From NCBI GenBank assembly GCA_964428555.1, contig CAYRYS010000008.1, positions 2,377-66,376 of the forward strand: DNA of 64,000 nucleotides, given 5' to 3'. The stretch is from an uncultured Spirochaetales bacterium. GTDB lineage: Bacteria > Spirochaetota > Spirochaetia > CAYRYS01. Both the position numbers and the translations under genes were made by a program. Numbering within the stretch: the first letter of the stretch is position 1; each line of letters opens with the position of its first letter. Positions 38,108 through 47,627 of this stretch are shown here, piece by piece. The notes beneath the pieces are model-generated. The model did no database searches. It had not been told where the DNA came from and saw only the letters and a list, made by a program, of their open reading frames with translations.

Positions 38108-38216
38108 TTCCCTGCCTTCTTTTTCAGTTCAATAATCTTAGTCCATGTATGTAAGTATGCTTTATTGCTCCGCAGGTTGCAAGGCGAAATACTATTCTCC
38201 ATGCACGGTGCAAAGC

Positions 38217-39023
38217 TTATAGATACCGCTTCAGGTCTCTGCCTTCTACACCTGCAAAAAGCTCGATATACGGCTTTACCGGGCTTGAATACACCTTTTT
38301 CAACAGGACTTCCTCGACCTGAAAAAACCCGACAGATGCACTCATTTTAATGGTTATCTTTATGGGAAGCTCATCCCCTTTGCTTATGATTACCCGATTA
38401 ATTGCAGAGGCTGAATACTTATGAATATCTCCTGGTCTGGACCCCCTGGACAGGAGCATCGGGATCCGCGCCCTCCCTTTTTCCATGTCACACCCGTCAG
38501 CTATTAGGATTATCCCTGCTTCCAGACTGTGTATCTCTCTGCTTGCCATGTGTCCGACAATTCCCTCTGTTGCAAGTGTCCTGGTTATCACCTGCCGTTC
38601 CATGTCTTCCGGATAAATCTTTTGTAATACACGCTCCAGGACAGGCTGAGCAAGAATAGCTGCCATTTCCTCGTGCCCTGCTCTGCCTACGGACATTCCA
38701 ATGTCATGGAGAAATGCAGCAAGAAGAACCGCAGTACGGGAGTCATCCACAGTACCCGACCCCTCATTTTCCAGGTTTAACATGATCCCTGCCTCAGTAA
38801 GGAGGGAAATCATTTTCATTGCATTAATTGCAACAGTCCGCATATGTACAGGACCATGGTCATTGTACCCGAGCCGCGTTATTGATACAGTATTTGAATA
38901 CTCCTGAAGATAGTGTATCTCAGGGTCTGTTATCAGAACCTCTGCTGCTTCCAAAGCCTTTCCTGTCAGCATCTCTTTCAGCTTATTCTCCAGCTGGATC
39001 TCTTTTGGTGACTTTTGTTTCAT
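38217..39023 (-). CDS. HDIG-domain phosphohydrolase
   Basis: FLHDIGM motif. The ORF-track start at 39083 probably over-extends; the MKQKSPKE start at 39023 abuts the upstream gene stop. Confidence 0.6.
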   Translation of the reverse strand: MKQKSPKEIQLENKLKEMLTGKALEAAEVLITDPEIHYLQEYSNTVSITRLGYNDHGPVHMRTVAINAMKMISLLTEAGIMLNLENEGSGTVDDSRTAVLLAAFLHDIGMSVGRAGHEEMAAILAQPVLERVLQKIYPEDMERQVITRTLATEGIVGHMASREIHSLEAGIILIADGCDMEKGRARIPMLLSRGSRPGDIHKYSASAINRVIISKGDELPIKITIKMSASVGFFQVEEVLLKKVYSSPVKPYIELFAGVEGRDLKRYL

Positions 39024-39024
39024 T

Positions 39025-39486
39025 CTATTCCTCTTTTCCAATGGGCAGAAATAATTGATACACATTATGCCCATCTGCAACATATTTTCTTACAAACCAG
39101 AAAGCCTCAGTTTTCACAGATCTTCCTTTTTTTTCTGCGTGTCTCTGCATTCTGGAAAACAATTCTTTAATATCCAATTCCCGGTCATCGGGAATCTGTG
39201 AAAAAAAGTAATCTCCCTCCTGAATGCTCAAACTTTTTTCGCTCTGAATTGCGCTGTCCTTCGGAAAACCAATAGCAAAGCCTGTAACCTCTCCATTGGA
39301 AGAAAACCGGTATACATATTCATCAGGCTCTAGAGAACAGAGGAAACCGTGTTTTGCTGCATATTCCTCAGGATCTGGTATTGTAAACTCCCTATTCACA
39401 GGATGCGGATAAGCAGGATAGGTCAATGTGTTTGACAGATGAAATAGTATGATCCTCATATTCATTAGTTCTCCCTTAATAATCAA
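39025..39486 (-). CDS. Hypothetical protein (possible GyrI-like small-molecule-binding fold)
   Basis: 153 aa. A 4-nt overlap with the GNAT stop and abutment to the HDIG gene suggest one operon. Confidence 0.35.
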   Translation of the reverse strand: MIIKGELMNMRIILFHLSNTLTYPAYPHPVNREFTIPDPEEYAAKHGFLCSLEPDEYVYRFSSNGEVTGFAIGFPKDSAIQSEKSLSIQEGDYFFSQIPDDRELDIKELFSRMQRHAEKKGRSVKTEAFWFVRKYVADGHNVYQLFLPIGKEE

Positions 39487-39992
39487 GTCATCTTCTTTTC
39501 ATAACAATAATATGGTCCGCTCTTTTTGGGAAGATATATTTTTCCGTGCTTTTGATACCCTAATTTTTCATAAAAAGCTATTGAACGCCAATTTTCTGAA
39601 TATGTATCAAACCTTAGGTATGCTGCATTGTTTTTTCGAGCATAAGATTCAAGAAAACCCATTGCCTGTTTTCCAATGCCCATCCCCTGATATTTCGGGT
39701 CAATGCCGAATCGGTGCAGATACCCTGCCTTTGCAAAAGTATCTTCCCACTGGATGTATCTATATTCCTCGTGATGAATAAAATCCAACGCAGCTGTACA
39801 GACAATATGCATGCCCCTTCTTCCGACAAAGCTGATATTCCGGACAATATCCTCTTGTATTATACCTGGATCCGGGTATGTTTCTGTCCACTGCTCAAGC
39901 CCCTGTGTATCCATATGATCTACACATCTGCGCAACAGGAGGAATATCTCCTCCATGTCTTTCATTTCAGATTTCGTAAATTCTATTTTCAT
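39483..39992 (-). CDS. GNAT-family N-acetyltransferase
   Basis: Motif A RFGIDPKYQGMGIGKQAMGFLESYARK. True start MKIEFTKSEMKDMEE at 39992; the ORF track extends to 40334 through the rsmE region. Confidence 0.65.
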   Translation of the reverse strand: MKIEFTKSEMKDMEEIFLLLRRCVDHMDTQGLEQWTETYPDPGIIQEDIVRNISFVGRRGMHIVCTAALDFIHHEEYRYIQWEDTFAKAGYLHRFGIDPKYQGMGIGKQAMGFLESYARKNNAAYLRFDTYSENWRSIAFYEKLGYQKHGKIYLPKKSGPYYCYEKKMT

Positions 39993-40058
39993 AATCTCTG
40001 TAAACTTCACTGTATACCTGCTTTTCAAGAAAGGGTGTTCTTCTGTAAAATGCAAAGC

Positions 40059-40779
40059 AATGAACATTATTTTATTTGAAGACTTGGAAAAAGAGAACCC
40101 CTTACCTATTGAAGACCCGAGGTCACAGCATATTATAAAGGTCCTAAAACTTAGAACTGGGGATTCTTTTACCGCAGGCTGCATTCCCGGTTTATACGGT
40201 ACAGGAAAAATACAGCAGATATCGAAGAAAGTGCTGACTTTTTCATTCACCCTAAAGGAAGACCCCAAAGTCCCTGCTCCCATACACCTGTTAATCGGCC
40301 ACCCCCGTCCTATTTTTGCAAAACGCATGCTCAAGGACTTAACCAGCTTAGGGGTATCCTCCCTTATTTTTACCAGCGCCGAGCTTGGGGAAAAGTCTTA
40401 TCTTTCATCCAAGCTATGGAAAGAACAAGGGTATCAGGAGTTTCTTATCCAGGGTGCGCAACAGGCAGGTACGAGCTACATTCCGGAAGTAAGTGTACAG
40501 TATTCACTTGAAAAATCAGTATCACTGCTGCCGGATAGGGGAACCCGTATTTGTCTGCACCCAGGGAAGGAGTATCCCCTGCTTGCGGAAAAAGAGCTAC
40601 TCCAGTGGGAACCTGTAAGTATAGCAATAGGGCCTGAGCGGGGATGGACTGAAAACGAAGCTGAAGCACTTAGAGAAAAGGGATTCTCCATGGTGCAGAT
40701 GGGAGAGAGGATACTGAAAACTGAGACCGCATGTACAACAGCAGTTTCTGCTGTACTGGTAAAACGGGGCCTCCTTTAA
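40059..40779 (+). CDS. rsmE: 16S rRNA (uracil1498-N3)-methyltransferase RsmE
   Basis: MNIILFEDLE...HIIKVLKLRTGDSF (PUA-like N-terminus) plus a C-terminal SPOUT domain. Confidence 0.75.
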
Positions 40780-41309
40780 CAGGATTTTGCCATAAGGAAT
40801 AACAGATCAGAAAGACGGTTTAAATACATGGATATGCTGTTCCAGAGCCTGCTACCCAGCTCTTCTGAACCCAGCTGTGAAAACAGGGCCTCCAGCTCCC
40901 GCACAGCAGTCCTTGATTCATGAAACCGGAGTTCCTGTTCATTCCTTCCCGGCAGAAGAAAGCCCTTTGTTTCATCTCCTGGTGAGTGTCTGTATTGCCT
41001 GTCCATCTGTGCTTCCATATAGCCAAGAGCTTTATCCAATGTTTCCAGCGCAGATTCATCAGCATCTACTGCCCCTGAAATGCAGCCTGCTACAAAGGAA
41101 AGGGTCTTTTGCACGCTTTCCGCGCTTTCCCACGCATCCAGCTTCAGCCAGCCCAGTGAAACCATAACAGTATCTATCTTTCCGAGAATAGTAACCGCAA
41201 TATGGCTTTTCCTGACCTTCCCATAGGCAGGCACCATAGTCTTTCCAGAGTCCCCCAGTTTTGTGGACACACCCCAATACACTGGCTTTCTATTTTGTGA
41301 TTCATTCAT
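40776..41309 (-). CDS. PduO-type ATP:cob(I)alamin adenosyltransferase (MMAB family)
   Basis: STKLGDSGKTMV matches the T-x-T-G-D-x-G-x-T N-terminal motif. Start MNESQNR. Confidence 0.6.
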   Translation of the reverse strand: MNESQNRKPVYWGVSTKLGDSGKTMVPAYGKVRKSHIAVTILGKIDTVMVSLGWLKLDAWESAESVQKTLSFVAGCISGAVDADESALETLDKALGYMEAQMDRQYRHSPGDETKGFLLPGRNEQELRFHESRTAVRELEALFSQLGSEELGSRLWNSISMYLNRLSDLLFLMAKSC

Positions 41310-41427
41310 AACACACACCCCCTTATTCAGAAGAACATAGCCATATACTGACATTAATCTTGTACATAGGCAAAGCATTCTGATACTATATGCTATGAGC
41401 TAGACCTGAAACTTAGAAGAGGCAGAG

Positions 41428-42087
41428 ATGGATATTGTAGAAGAAGCAAAAAACTATCTAGTAAGCTATATAAAAGGAAAAGAAAGCGATAATGGAAAGG
41501 ACTACCCATGGCAGCAGGGGTGGGAATTCATTGTCCGCCACAGTTTCAGGGTTGAGTCATATACAGCCGCAATTATCGGCTCCGAAGGAGGCATTGAAAA
41601 AGAAGATGAAATGCTAATCCGGACAGCTGCAGTTCTCCATGATATCGGCAGCCTGGATAACAGAAAGAACCACGCAAAAACCGGTGCCCAAATTGTGAAA
41701 AACTGGTGTTTTCATAAAGAATATATTGAAAAACAACTTGACGTCAAAAAACTTGTTGCCCTTATAGCAGGCCATTCTAGAAAAAACGGGAAGGACAAGG
41801 ACATTTGCGAAGCAATCCTGAAGGACGCAGATGTAATAGACGAGATAGGCGCTACATCAATTATTATGCGTGCCCATGAAGAAGATTCTGATAAAAACTC
41901 CTATCTTACAGATATTATTACACGGATCCGTACTGAAGAAAGCGATTACATTGATAAAAAGATGAAAAAACTCAATACAAAAACTGCAAAAGAAATATTA
42001 AAAAGAAAAGCAGATTTCCTAGAGCAATTCTGCATAGAGCTTGAAGAAGAGACAGCATCCCCGGATGAACTAAAAATCTACCTATAG
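41428..42087 (+). CDS. HDIG-domain phosphohydrolase
   Basis: AAVLHDIGSL motif. 219 aa. Confidence 0.6.
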   Translation: MDIVEEAKNYLVSYIKGKESDNGKDYPWQQGWEFIVRHSFRVESYTAAIIGSEGGIEKEDEMLIRTAAVLHDIGSLDNRKNHAKTGAQIVKNWCFHKEYIEKQLDVKKLVALIAGHSRKNGKDKDICEAILKDADVIDEIGATSIIMRAHEEDSDKNSYLTDIITRIRTEESDYIDKKMKKLNTKTAKEILKRKADFLEQFCIELEEETASPDELKIYL

Positions 42088-42099
42088 GCCCTGATAGTG

Positions 42100-43728
42100 C
42101 TAGTGTGAATGCTTTTTCTTTTTCTGCTGACTCTGAGCCATAGCCAGGTATTCCTCTAGCTTTTCAAATGCCTTTGCCTCGTCATCTTTAATACGCTGCC
42201 AGTACTTCTCTGCTTCTTCGTAGTGCTTTAAATTAAAACACACAATACCGAGTGTGTAGAGGATATTCGGCTCATGTTTATCATATTTCAGCGCAGTCCT
42301 CAGGTGACAGGCAGCGCTATAGAGTTTTTTCTGATGCATACACAGCTTTCCAAGCAAATACCTGCACGCAACATTTTCCGGCTCTCTTATGAGATAAAAC
42401 CTGAGCAGCATTTCCTCCTGGACTTCATCCAAACCTTCCAAAGATTCAACCAAGCCCTGGGAAATATATTTTTTCTGAAGATGATTATGTTCTTCTTTAT
42501 CAATATCAAAAATTACAAGGGTCCTGTCATCATTCGGATGCAGACCGTCATAGAAATCATCAACATGGCTTAGGAGCATTCCTCCGGTATGTGCTGCATC
42601 AAATTGATAGCTTTCTACACAAAAGCTGATAAGCCGGTCTACATTGAAAAACTGGCCAAGCTTATTTCTTGCTTCAGGAATACCGTCAGTAAATAAGACA
42701 ATCCTGCTTCCAGGCTGTACTTGGTACACAGTTTCTGTATATTCTGCTTCAGGGAATGTGCCGATAATAGTACCTTCCCCTTCTTTCCCGATTCTCTGAA
42801 CATCCTTTTTATCCGAACAGATGCAAATGCCGCTGTCATGGCCTGCAGCAGACACAGTTAAAGACCAATCATTGGTATTTAAAACGCAGTACATTGCTGT
42901 TAAGTAAAACCCTGTGTCTTCTAGAATTGCTGACATTGAATTGTTAACATGGTACAAGAGGGTGCTAGGACTGCGGTACCGCCTAGTATAATATTCAAAA
43001 TAGGCTTTTACCATTGTTGTTATTAATGATGAAGGTACACCATGGCCTGATACATCTGCAATTAAGATACCGAGGTTCTCATCATCAAGATGAAAAAAAT
43101 CAAAGTAATCCCCTCCGAGCTCTTCGCTTGTTTTGGTGGTGCCGTATATATCAAGCTTCTCCCTTGCTGGAAAATGTTTGGGAATAATAGCATTCTGAAC
43201 ATTCTTAGCAATCTCCAGCTCCCTTATCATCTTTTGCTTATAATCTGAAAGGATCTTCCGTTGTTCCTTTACCTTTTTCATAGCAGCATCAAGATCGATT
43301 GTTGTCTGAATAAAATTATCAAAGCTTGATTCTATAACCTTTTCAAAGGCCTTCTTTTTTGAAACATCTTCAATAAAGAGTACTGTATATTTCTCATCTT
43401 CATGTTGAAATGGGAAGCCTGTCATATGGACAGCCATCTGCGCGCCGTCTTTGGAAGTAAACTTTGTATCCAAGTCGTAAAAAGGGGTTTCCAAAGCAGT
43501 AAACACCTTTTTCCTGACCATTTCCTTATAATTTTCCGATTGAAACAATATATCGTAAAATCCGTTCCCCTGAAGTTCTTCACTTGCATAACAGAGGTTG
43601 TCTACTAAATACTTATTCACATAAATAATTTGTCCTGAGTCATCTGCAATACAGCAACCAAGTCCTATCTGCGAAATAATAGATGAAAAAAGATGATCGA
43701 GATTCTGTGTCTCTAGTTTACTCTGCAT
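42100..43728 (-). CDS. PP2C-family serine phosphatase (SpoIIE/RsbU-like) with N-terminal PAS and C-terminal TPR repeats
   Basis: IADVSGHGVPSS and FTDGIPEARN metal-binding motifs. PAS at aa 10-120; TPRs at aa 440-530. Confidence 0.8.
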   Translation of the reverse strand: MQSKLETQNLDHLFSSIISQIGLGCCIADDSGQIIYVNKYLVDNLCYASEELQGNGFYDILFQSENYKEMVRKKVFTALETPFYDLDTKFTSKDGAQMAVHMTGFPFQHEDEKYTVLFIEDVSKKKAFEKVIESSFDNFIQTTIDLDAAMKKVKEQRKILSDYKQKMIRELEIAKNVQNAIIPKHFPAREKLDIYGTTKTSEELGGDYFDFFHLDDENLGILIADVSGHGVPSSLITTMVKAYFEYYTRRYRSPSTLLYHVNNSMSAILEDTGFYLTAMYCVLNTNDWSLTVSAAGHDSGICICSDKKDVQRIGKEGEGTIIGTFPEAEYTETVYQVQPGSRIVLFTDGIPEARNKLGQFFNVDRLISFCVESYQFDAAHTGGMLLSHVDDFYDGLHPNDDRTLVIFDIDKEEHNHLQKKYISQGLVESLEGLDEVQEEMLLRFYLIREPENVACRYLLGKLCMHQKKLYSAACHLRTALKYDKHEPNILYTLGIVCFNLKHYEEAEKYWQRIKDDEAKAFEKLEEYLAMAQSQQKKKKHSH

Positions 43729-43731
43729 ATG

Positions 43732-44931
43732 TTACTTCCCGTGCTGTTCTACTAAGCGCTGTGCTAGAAGTCTGGATAAGAAAAATCCGTAATGAGGATA
43801 CCGCTTCAATGCCTGAATAAACTCTTCTTTAGAGATTCGGATCAGCTTCCCCTCTCCAACTGAACGGACTGTTGCTGAACGCTTGTTTTTCAAAAGAAAG
43901 GACATTTCTCCAAGAAAGATATCTGAAGGCGAAAGCTCTGAAACTTTTCTTGAATTGGCGATAATCTCATATCTGCCTGAAACAATATAATATAAATAGT
44001 CCGATTCCTCACCTTGGGTAAAGACAATCTGCTGATCAGTAAAATGTGTCTCTTCCTGGTCTCTGAACATTTGGGGAATGCGGTTGGCCTTGTCCTGAAG
44101 GTGCTGTAAATTAATAGTTAAAAGATCTCCCTGTGTGGAGTAATTCAATAAAGGCATACCGGATAGAGAGGACCGGACTCTCTCGGTTTCCCACGTAAAA
44201 TCGGGAACAGTATTTTTTATAGTAAACTCAGATTCTGACTGTGTTATTCGATAGGTAAGCTCAATTGTCAAATTATCATTGCGCTTACCCTCATTATTCA
44301 TTGAATATTGGGTCTTTATATTGGAAGCATACATAAGCACTTCCATAAACGCAACATACACCTTCTCCCTGTCTACCCTTGTAATAAGATTTGAATTATA
44401 TAAGAAATTGCTTAATAGGTTTACATGGGTAATAAGGTCGAACGCATCTGATGTAATGTGAAACCTTCCGGACAGATTTGAACGGATGAGGCTGTTTAGA
44501 TTCCATTGAAGGAGCATTGCATTATTTTGTTTTAGAACTTCAAAAACACGCTGCAAGTCGCTTGCTATTTTGTCCGCATGAATAACAGCAAGGAGGTTAA
44601 CGCCCTTAACCTTTGAATACACAGTCTGCTCATTTTGTTCCTTGTGAATAATTATCGTTCCTCCGTAATGCAGCCAAGGATCATTGCGGATTTCCTCTAT
44701 TATTACCTTCGCGTTTAATGCAGGATCAGACAAATAGACAACATTTATCTCCGGCATTTCATAATTAAGAAACTGAATTGCCCTAGTACGGGTCCGTAAA
44801 AAATGGGGTTGAAAATCCGCTGCTAAATTGGCGCAGATACCCCGAAGGTCACTGTTTATTCTCTCGTCTGAACAAATTACTGATACGGTCGGCATTAATG
44901 GAGCTCCCTTTGCGTGTTTCCTTATGTACAT
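43732..44931 (-). CDS. Cyclic-nucleotide-binding domain protein with a 270-aa N-terminal region of unknown function
   Basis: C-terminal cNMP-binding beta-roll (FTQGEESDYLYYIVSGRYEI...GEMSFL...RSATVRSV). N-terminus is receiver-like and possibly a degenerate GHKL fold. Confidence 0.6.
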   Translation of the reverse strand: MYIRKHAKGAPLMPTVSVICSDERINSDLRGICANLAADFQPHFLRTRTRAIQFLNYEMPEINVVYLSDPALNAKVIIEEIRNDPWLHYGGTIIIHKEQNEQTVYSKVKGVNLLAVIHADKIASDLQRVFEVLKQNNAMLLQWNLNSLIRSNLSGRFHITSDAFDLITHVNLLSNFLYNSNLITRVDREKVYVAFMEVLMYASNIKTQYSMNNEGKRNDNLTIELTYRITQSESEFTIKNTVPDFTWETERVRSSLSGMPLLNYSTQGDLLTINLQHLQDKANRIPQMFRDQEETHFTDQQIVFTQGEESDYLYYIVSGRYEIIANSRKVSELSPSDIFLGEMSFLLKNKRSATVRSVGEGKLIRISKEEFIQALKRYPHYGFFLSRLLAQRLVEQHGK

Positions 44932-45081
44932 TCTATACTAAACCTAGTATATAGTCTAAGAAAATTAATGATTTATTTGCAAGATCCGTCATATCGTAGT
45001 ATAAATATTTATGATGACAGCGGAAAGATCGTTTTTCATTATCCGTTCATCCTATTGAAACAATACAATGCGGAGGCTTTT

Positions 45082-45459
45082 ATGCAATATGGGATAGACT
45101 TCCTACGAGATACCAGCAGAACAGAAGAGGATCAATATGAGACTACGATCTTAAAAATCTCTATTAAGGGAAGATTAAATATTAGTAATGCCGGTGAAGT
45201 GGGTCTCCTACTTGAAACTCTTATAAACGGCGGCTTAAGAAAAATCCTGGTAAATATGGAAGAACTTGATTATATTGACAGCACAGGTATCGGTACACTT
45301 GTCAGGTTAGCAAAACTCATTCGTTCCAAAAACGGTGAATTCTGCCTGCTCAATGTACCCCCTTCTATTAACAAGGTTCTTAAAATTGTCCGGCTCGAAA
45401 CATTTATCAACCAATTTCTTTCAGAACAGAAAGCGGTCGATTTCCTTTATAACGAATAG
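45082..45459 (+). CDS. STAS-domain anti-sigma-factor antagonist (SpoIIAA/RsbV-like)
   Basis: LDYIDSTGIGTL carries the phosphorylatable Ser/Thr in a DSTG context. GGAGG ribosome-binding site at 45073..45077; start MQYGIDF. The ORF track begins at 44914. Confidence 0.7.
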   Translation: MQYGIDFLRDTSRTEEDQYETTILKISIKGRLNISNAGEVGLLLETLINGGLRKILVNMEELDYIDSTGIGTLVRLAKLIRSKNGEFCLLNVPPSINKVLKIVRLETFINQFLSEQKAVDFLYNE

Positions 45460-45637
45460 GTTAGTAATATCCGTTTTTGTTCTGCTCTATATATAGCAAT
45501 ATATGGGTTCCTTTTATTTTCTGTTCTGCCATCCTATGGATTTATAAACTCCACTGCTATCACCGCACCTGTGGATGAAGAAAACCCGGCCTGTCTTGTA
45601 CTACTGCAGTATTAGAAGATACAACCTTTTAGAGGTA

Positions 45638-46582
45638 TTACTGAATCTGTGTATACCCAGAGATTGACCGTGCATGAAACCCGTTATAGCTGGTTTCAAG
45701 ATACTGCTCCCCGTCTGTGAGAATGATGTGCAATCCTGCTGCGTCGCTTAAACTGTAGCTCTCTGCAAAGTCAATCGAGCTCTCATTTATTGTGAAGGTA
45801 TTTTCTGTACCGTCAGTGTAAAACTTTGAGTCAGCAAACACATCAGTATTGACATTCCCAGACCCATAGTCAACAAAATACCCATCTCCGCCTGGAGCTG
45901 CACCAATGTAATCTTGATTTGCGTCAAACAGCCAGATATACCCACTGTACACAATAGGGCTGTTCACAGAAAACTCAACAGTCAATGTGCTGGATGCTAC
46001 CGATGCAGAAGATACCTGGGCCTGCTCAGGAAGTGCAACATAGCCGGTGCCAGGGGTTTGGGTATAGGATTCTGTATACATATAATCACCATTTGCGCTT
46101 GTACTGCCAGGGTCGGTTATAACAGCTGTAAGGGTGTCTGAGTTTCCATTCGTGAGTTCTGCAGTAAAGGTATAATTACCGATTGCTAGTACGCTATAGT
46201 TATCAGAATAATCTGCTGTAAAACAACGAATAAAACCACCGAAATAAGAATACTCTGAGGAGAAATAGCTTTCTATATTGTCCCCTGTAAAACTCCATAC
46301 TGCTCCATTCGGATCTGTCATTTGAATTGACGCAAAGTCAGATGCAACAAGATCAGTTTCTTCAAAGAAAATCCAGAAATTCAAGCATGCATTTGGTTGC
46401 ATATCGCCGGAAGTCCAAAAGGAAGGGGCAATGTTTTCAACAACAAAGTCAAAGCTGTTTTCAAAGGTCACTGTCTTTTCTGTATCACCAGTACTTGGTG
46501 TATTGAAAACATTTGAGCAGCTGCCAAGAAAAAGACTCATTACCAGTATTATTATCAAATTTCGAATAATTGTTTTTACCAT
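45638..46582 (-). CDS. Putative lipoprotein (Ser/Thr/Gly/Tyr-rich, beta-rich), hypothetical
   Basis: Signal peptide with LGSC lipobox. Confidence 0.45.
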   Translation of the reverse strand: MVKTIIRNLIIILVMSLFLGSCSNVFNTPSTGDTEKTVTFENSFDFVVENIAPSFWTSGDMQPNACLNFWIFFEETDLVASDFASIQMTDPNGAVWSFTGDNIESYFSSEYSYFGGFIRCFTADYSDNYSVLAIGNYTFTAELTNGNSDTLTAVITDPGSTSANGDYMYTESYTQTPGTGYVALPEQAQVSSASVASSTLTVEFSVNSPIVYSGYIWLFDANQDYIGAAPGGDGYFVDYGSGNVNTDVFADSKFYTDGTENTFTINESSIDFAESYSLSDAAGLHIILTDGEQYLETSYNGFHARSISGYTQIQ

Positions 46583-46675
46583 CTTCAGCCCCTATCTATT
46601 ATACTAATAAAATTAATTAAATATTTTCAGTCCTTAGGTATAGTACATTCTGTATTAAGTGCGCGCAAGTTTCTT

Positions 46676-47521
46676 TTACGGCTGAAAAACGAAATACACA
46701 GCAATTATGAGTAAAAAAGCTCCATATAAGTGTTTAATTACCCCTGCAGGGAGCTTTATGCTGGTCTTTGCTCCAAAGAATGCTCCGGCCATTAATCCGA
46801 AAGCAACGCATGCTGCATAAACAATTGAAAGACTGCCGGACTGATAATATACAAGAACCCCAGGCAGGCCCACAGGTAAAAGAAGCGCGCCTAAAGAAGT
46901 GCCTACAGCCTCTTTTGGCGAAAGATGAAATGCGGTAACCAATAATGGAACAATAATAGCACCTCCGCCTATTCCGAATAAACCGGAAGTAATACCTGCA
47001 ACAAAGCCAAGACTTAAATATAGAGGCAGGTATTTTGCTCCTTTCCTTGGCAGGTGCTCCACCTCTTTCCTATCCCCCTTTTCTTTCCGGTCATTCTGCT
47101 GAAAAACAAGCCGTACCAGTACCCAAGGAGCAAGAAACCTAAGCCCGACATAAAAAAGAAAAACACCGTACAACCGCTTTAATACCAGGGATGGAAGATC
47201 AAGTGCAACAAATGCACCGAATGCAGCACCTGCTGCAAGGCCCAATGCAATAGCAAGGGACGCAGGAAGGTAGAGGCGTTTTGCATGGTAATACACAATT
47301 ACTGCAAACATACCTACAGGCAAAAGAAGAGCAGCAAGAGATGTTCCGTTTGCCATGAGCTGGGAAAACCCTGTTATGGTAATAAGGCTTGGTACAATTA
47401 TAACTCCACCGCCTATTCCAAATAGACCGGAGGCTATCCCGGCAATAAAGCCGAGCAGGAGAAGCAGAAAATAAATCATAAGGTATCCTTTCTCTAGTAT
47501 AAGCATCATACCGTTTTCCAT
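46676..47521 (-). CDS. TauE/SafE-family anion (sulfite) exporter
   Basis: Two internal repeats, each with GIGGG(V/A)IIVP. Confidence 0.75.
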   Translation of the reverse strand: MENGMMLILEKGYLMIYFLLLLLGFIAGIASGLFGIGGGVIIVPSLITITGFSQLMANGTSLAALLLPVGMFAVIVYYHAKRLYLPASLAIALGLAAGAAFGAFVALDLPSLVLKRLYGVFLFYVGLRFLAPWVLVRLVFQQNDRKEKGDRKEVEHLPRKGAKYLPLYLSLGFVAGITSGLFGIGGGAIIVPLLVTAFHLSPKEAVGTSLGALLLPVGLPGVLVYYQSGSLSIVYAACVAFGLMAGAFFGAKTSIKLPAGVIKHLYGAFLLIIAVYFVFQP

Positions 47522-47627
47522 TCATTTCTGACAACCTTTATAGTGCAATTTCTCAGACCTTTCCTGGATAATTGTTCTGTTATATAGTAAATTACAGTAA
47601 AGACAAGCACCCAGAAAGGAAGTATTT

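Noticed and set aside
39955-40334. Long N-terminal extensions of the rsmE ORF (from 39955) and the GNAT ORF (to 40334) that overlap each other
   Set aside because: Conserved protein N-termini (MNIILFEDLE for RsmE at 40059; MKIEFTKSEM for GNAT at 39992) show the real genes are divergent and non-overlapping. The extensions are upstream read-through of the ORF finder.
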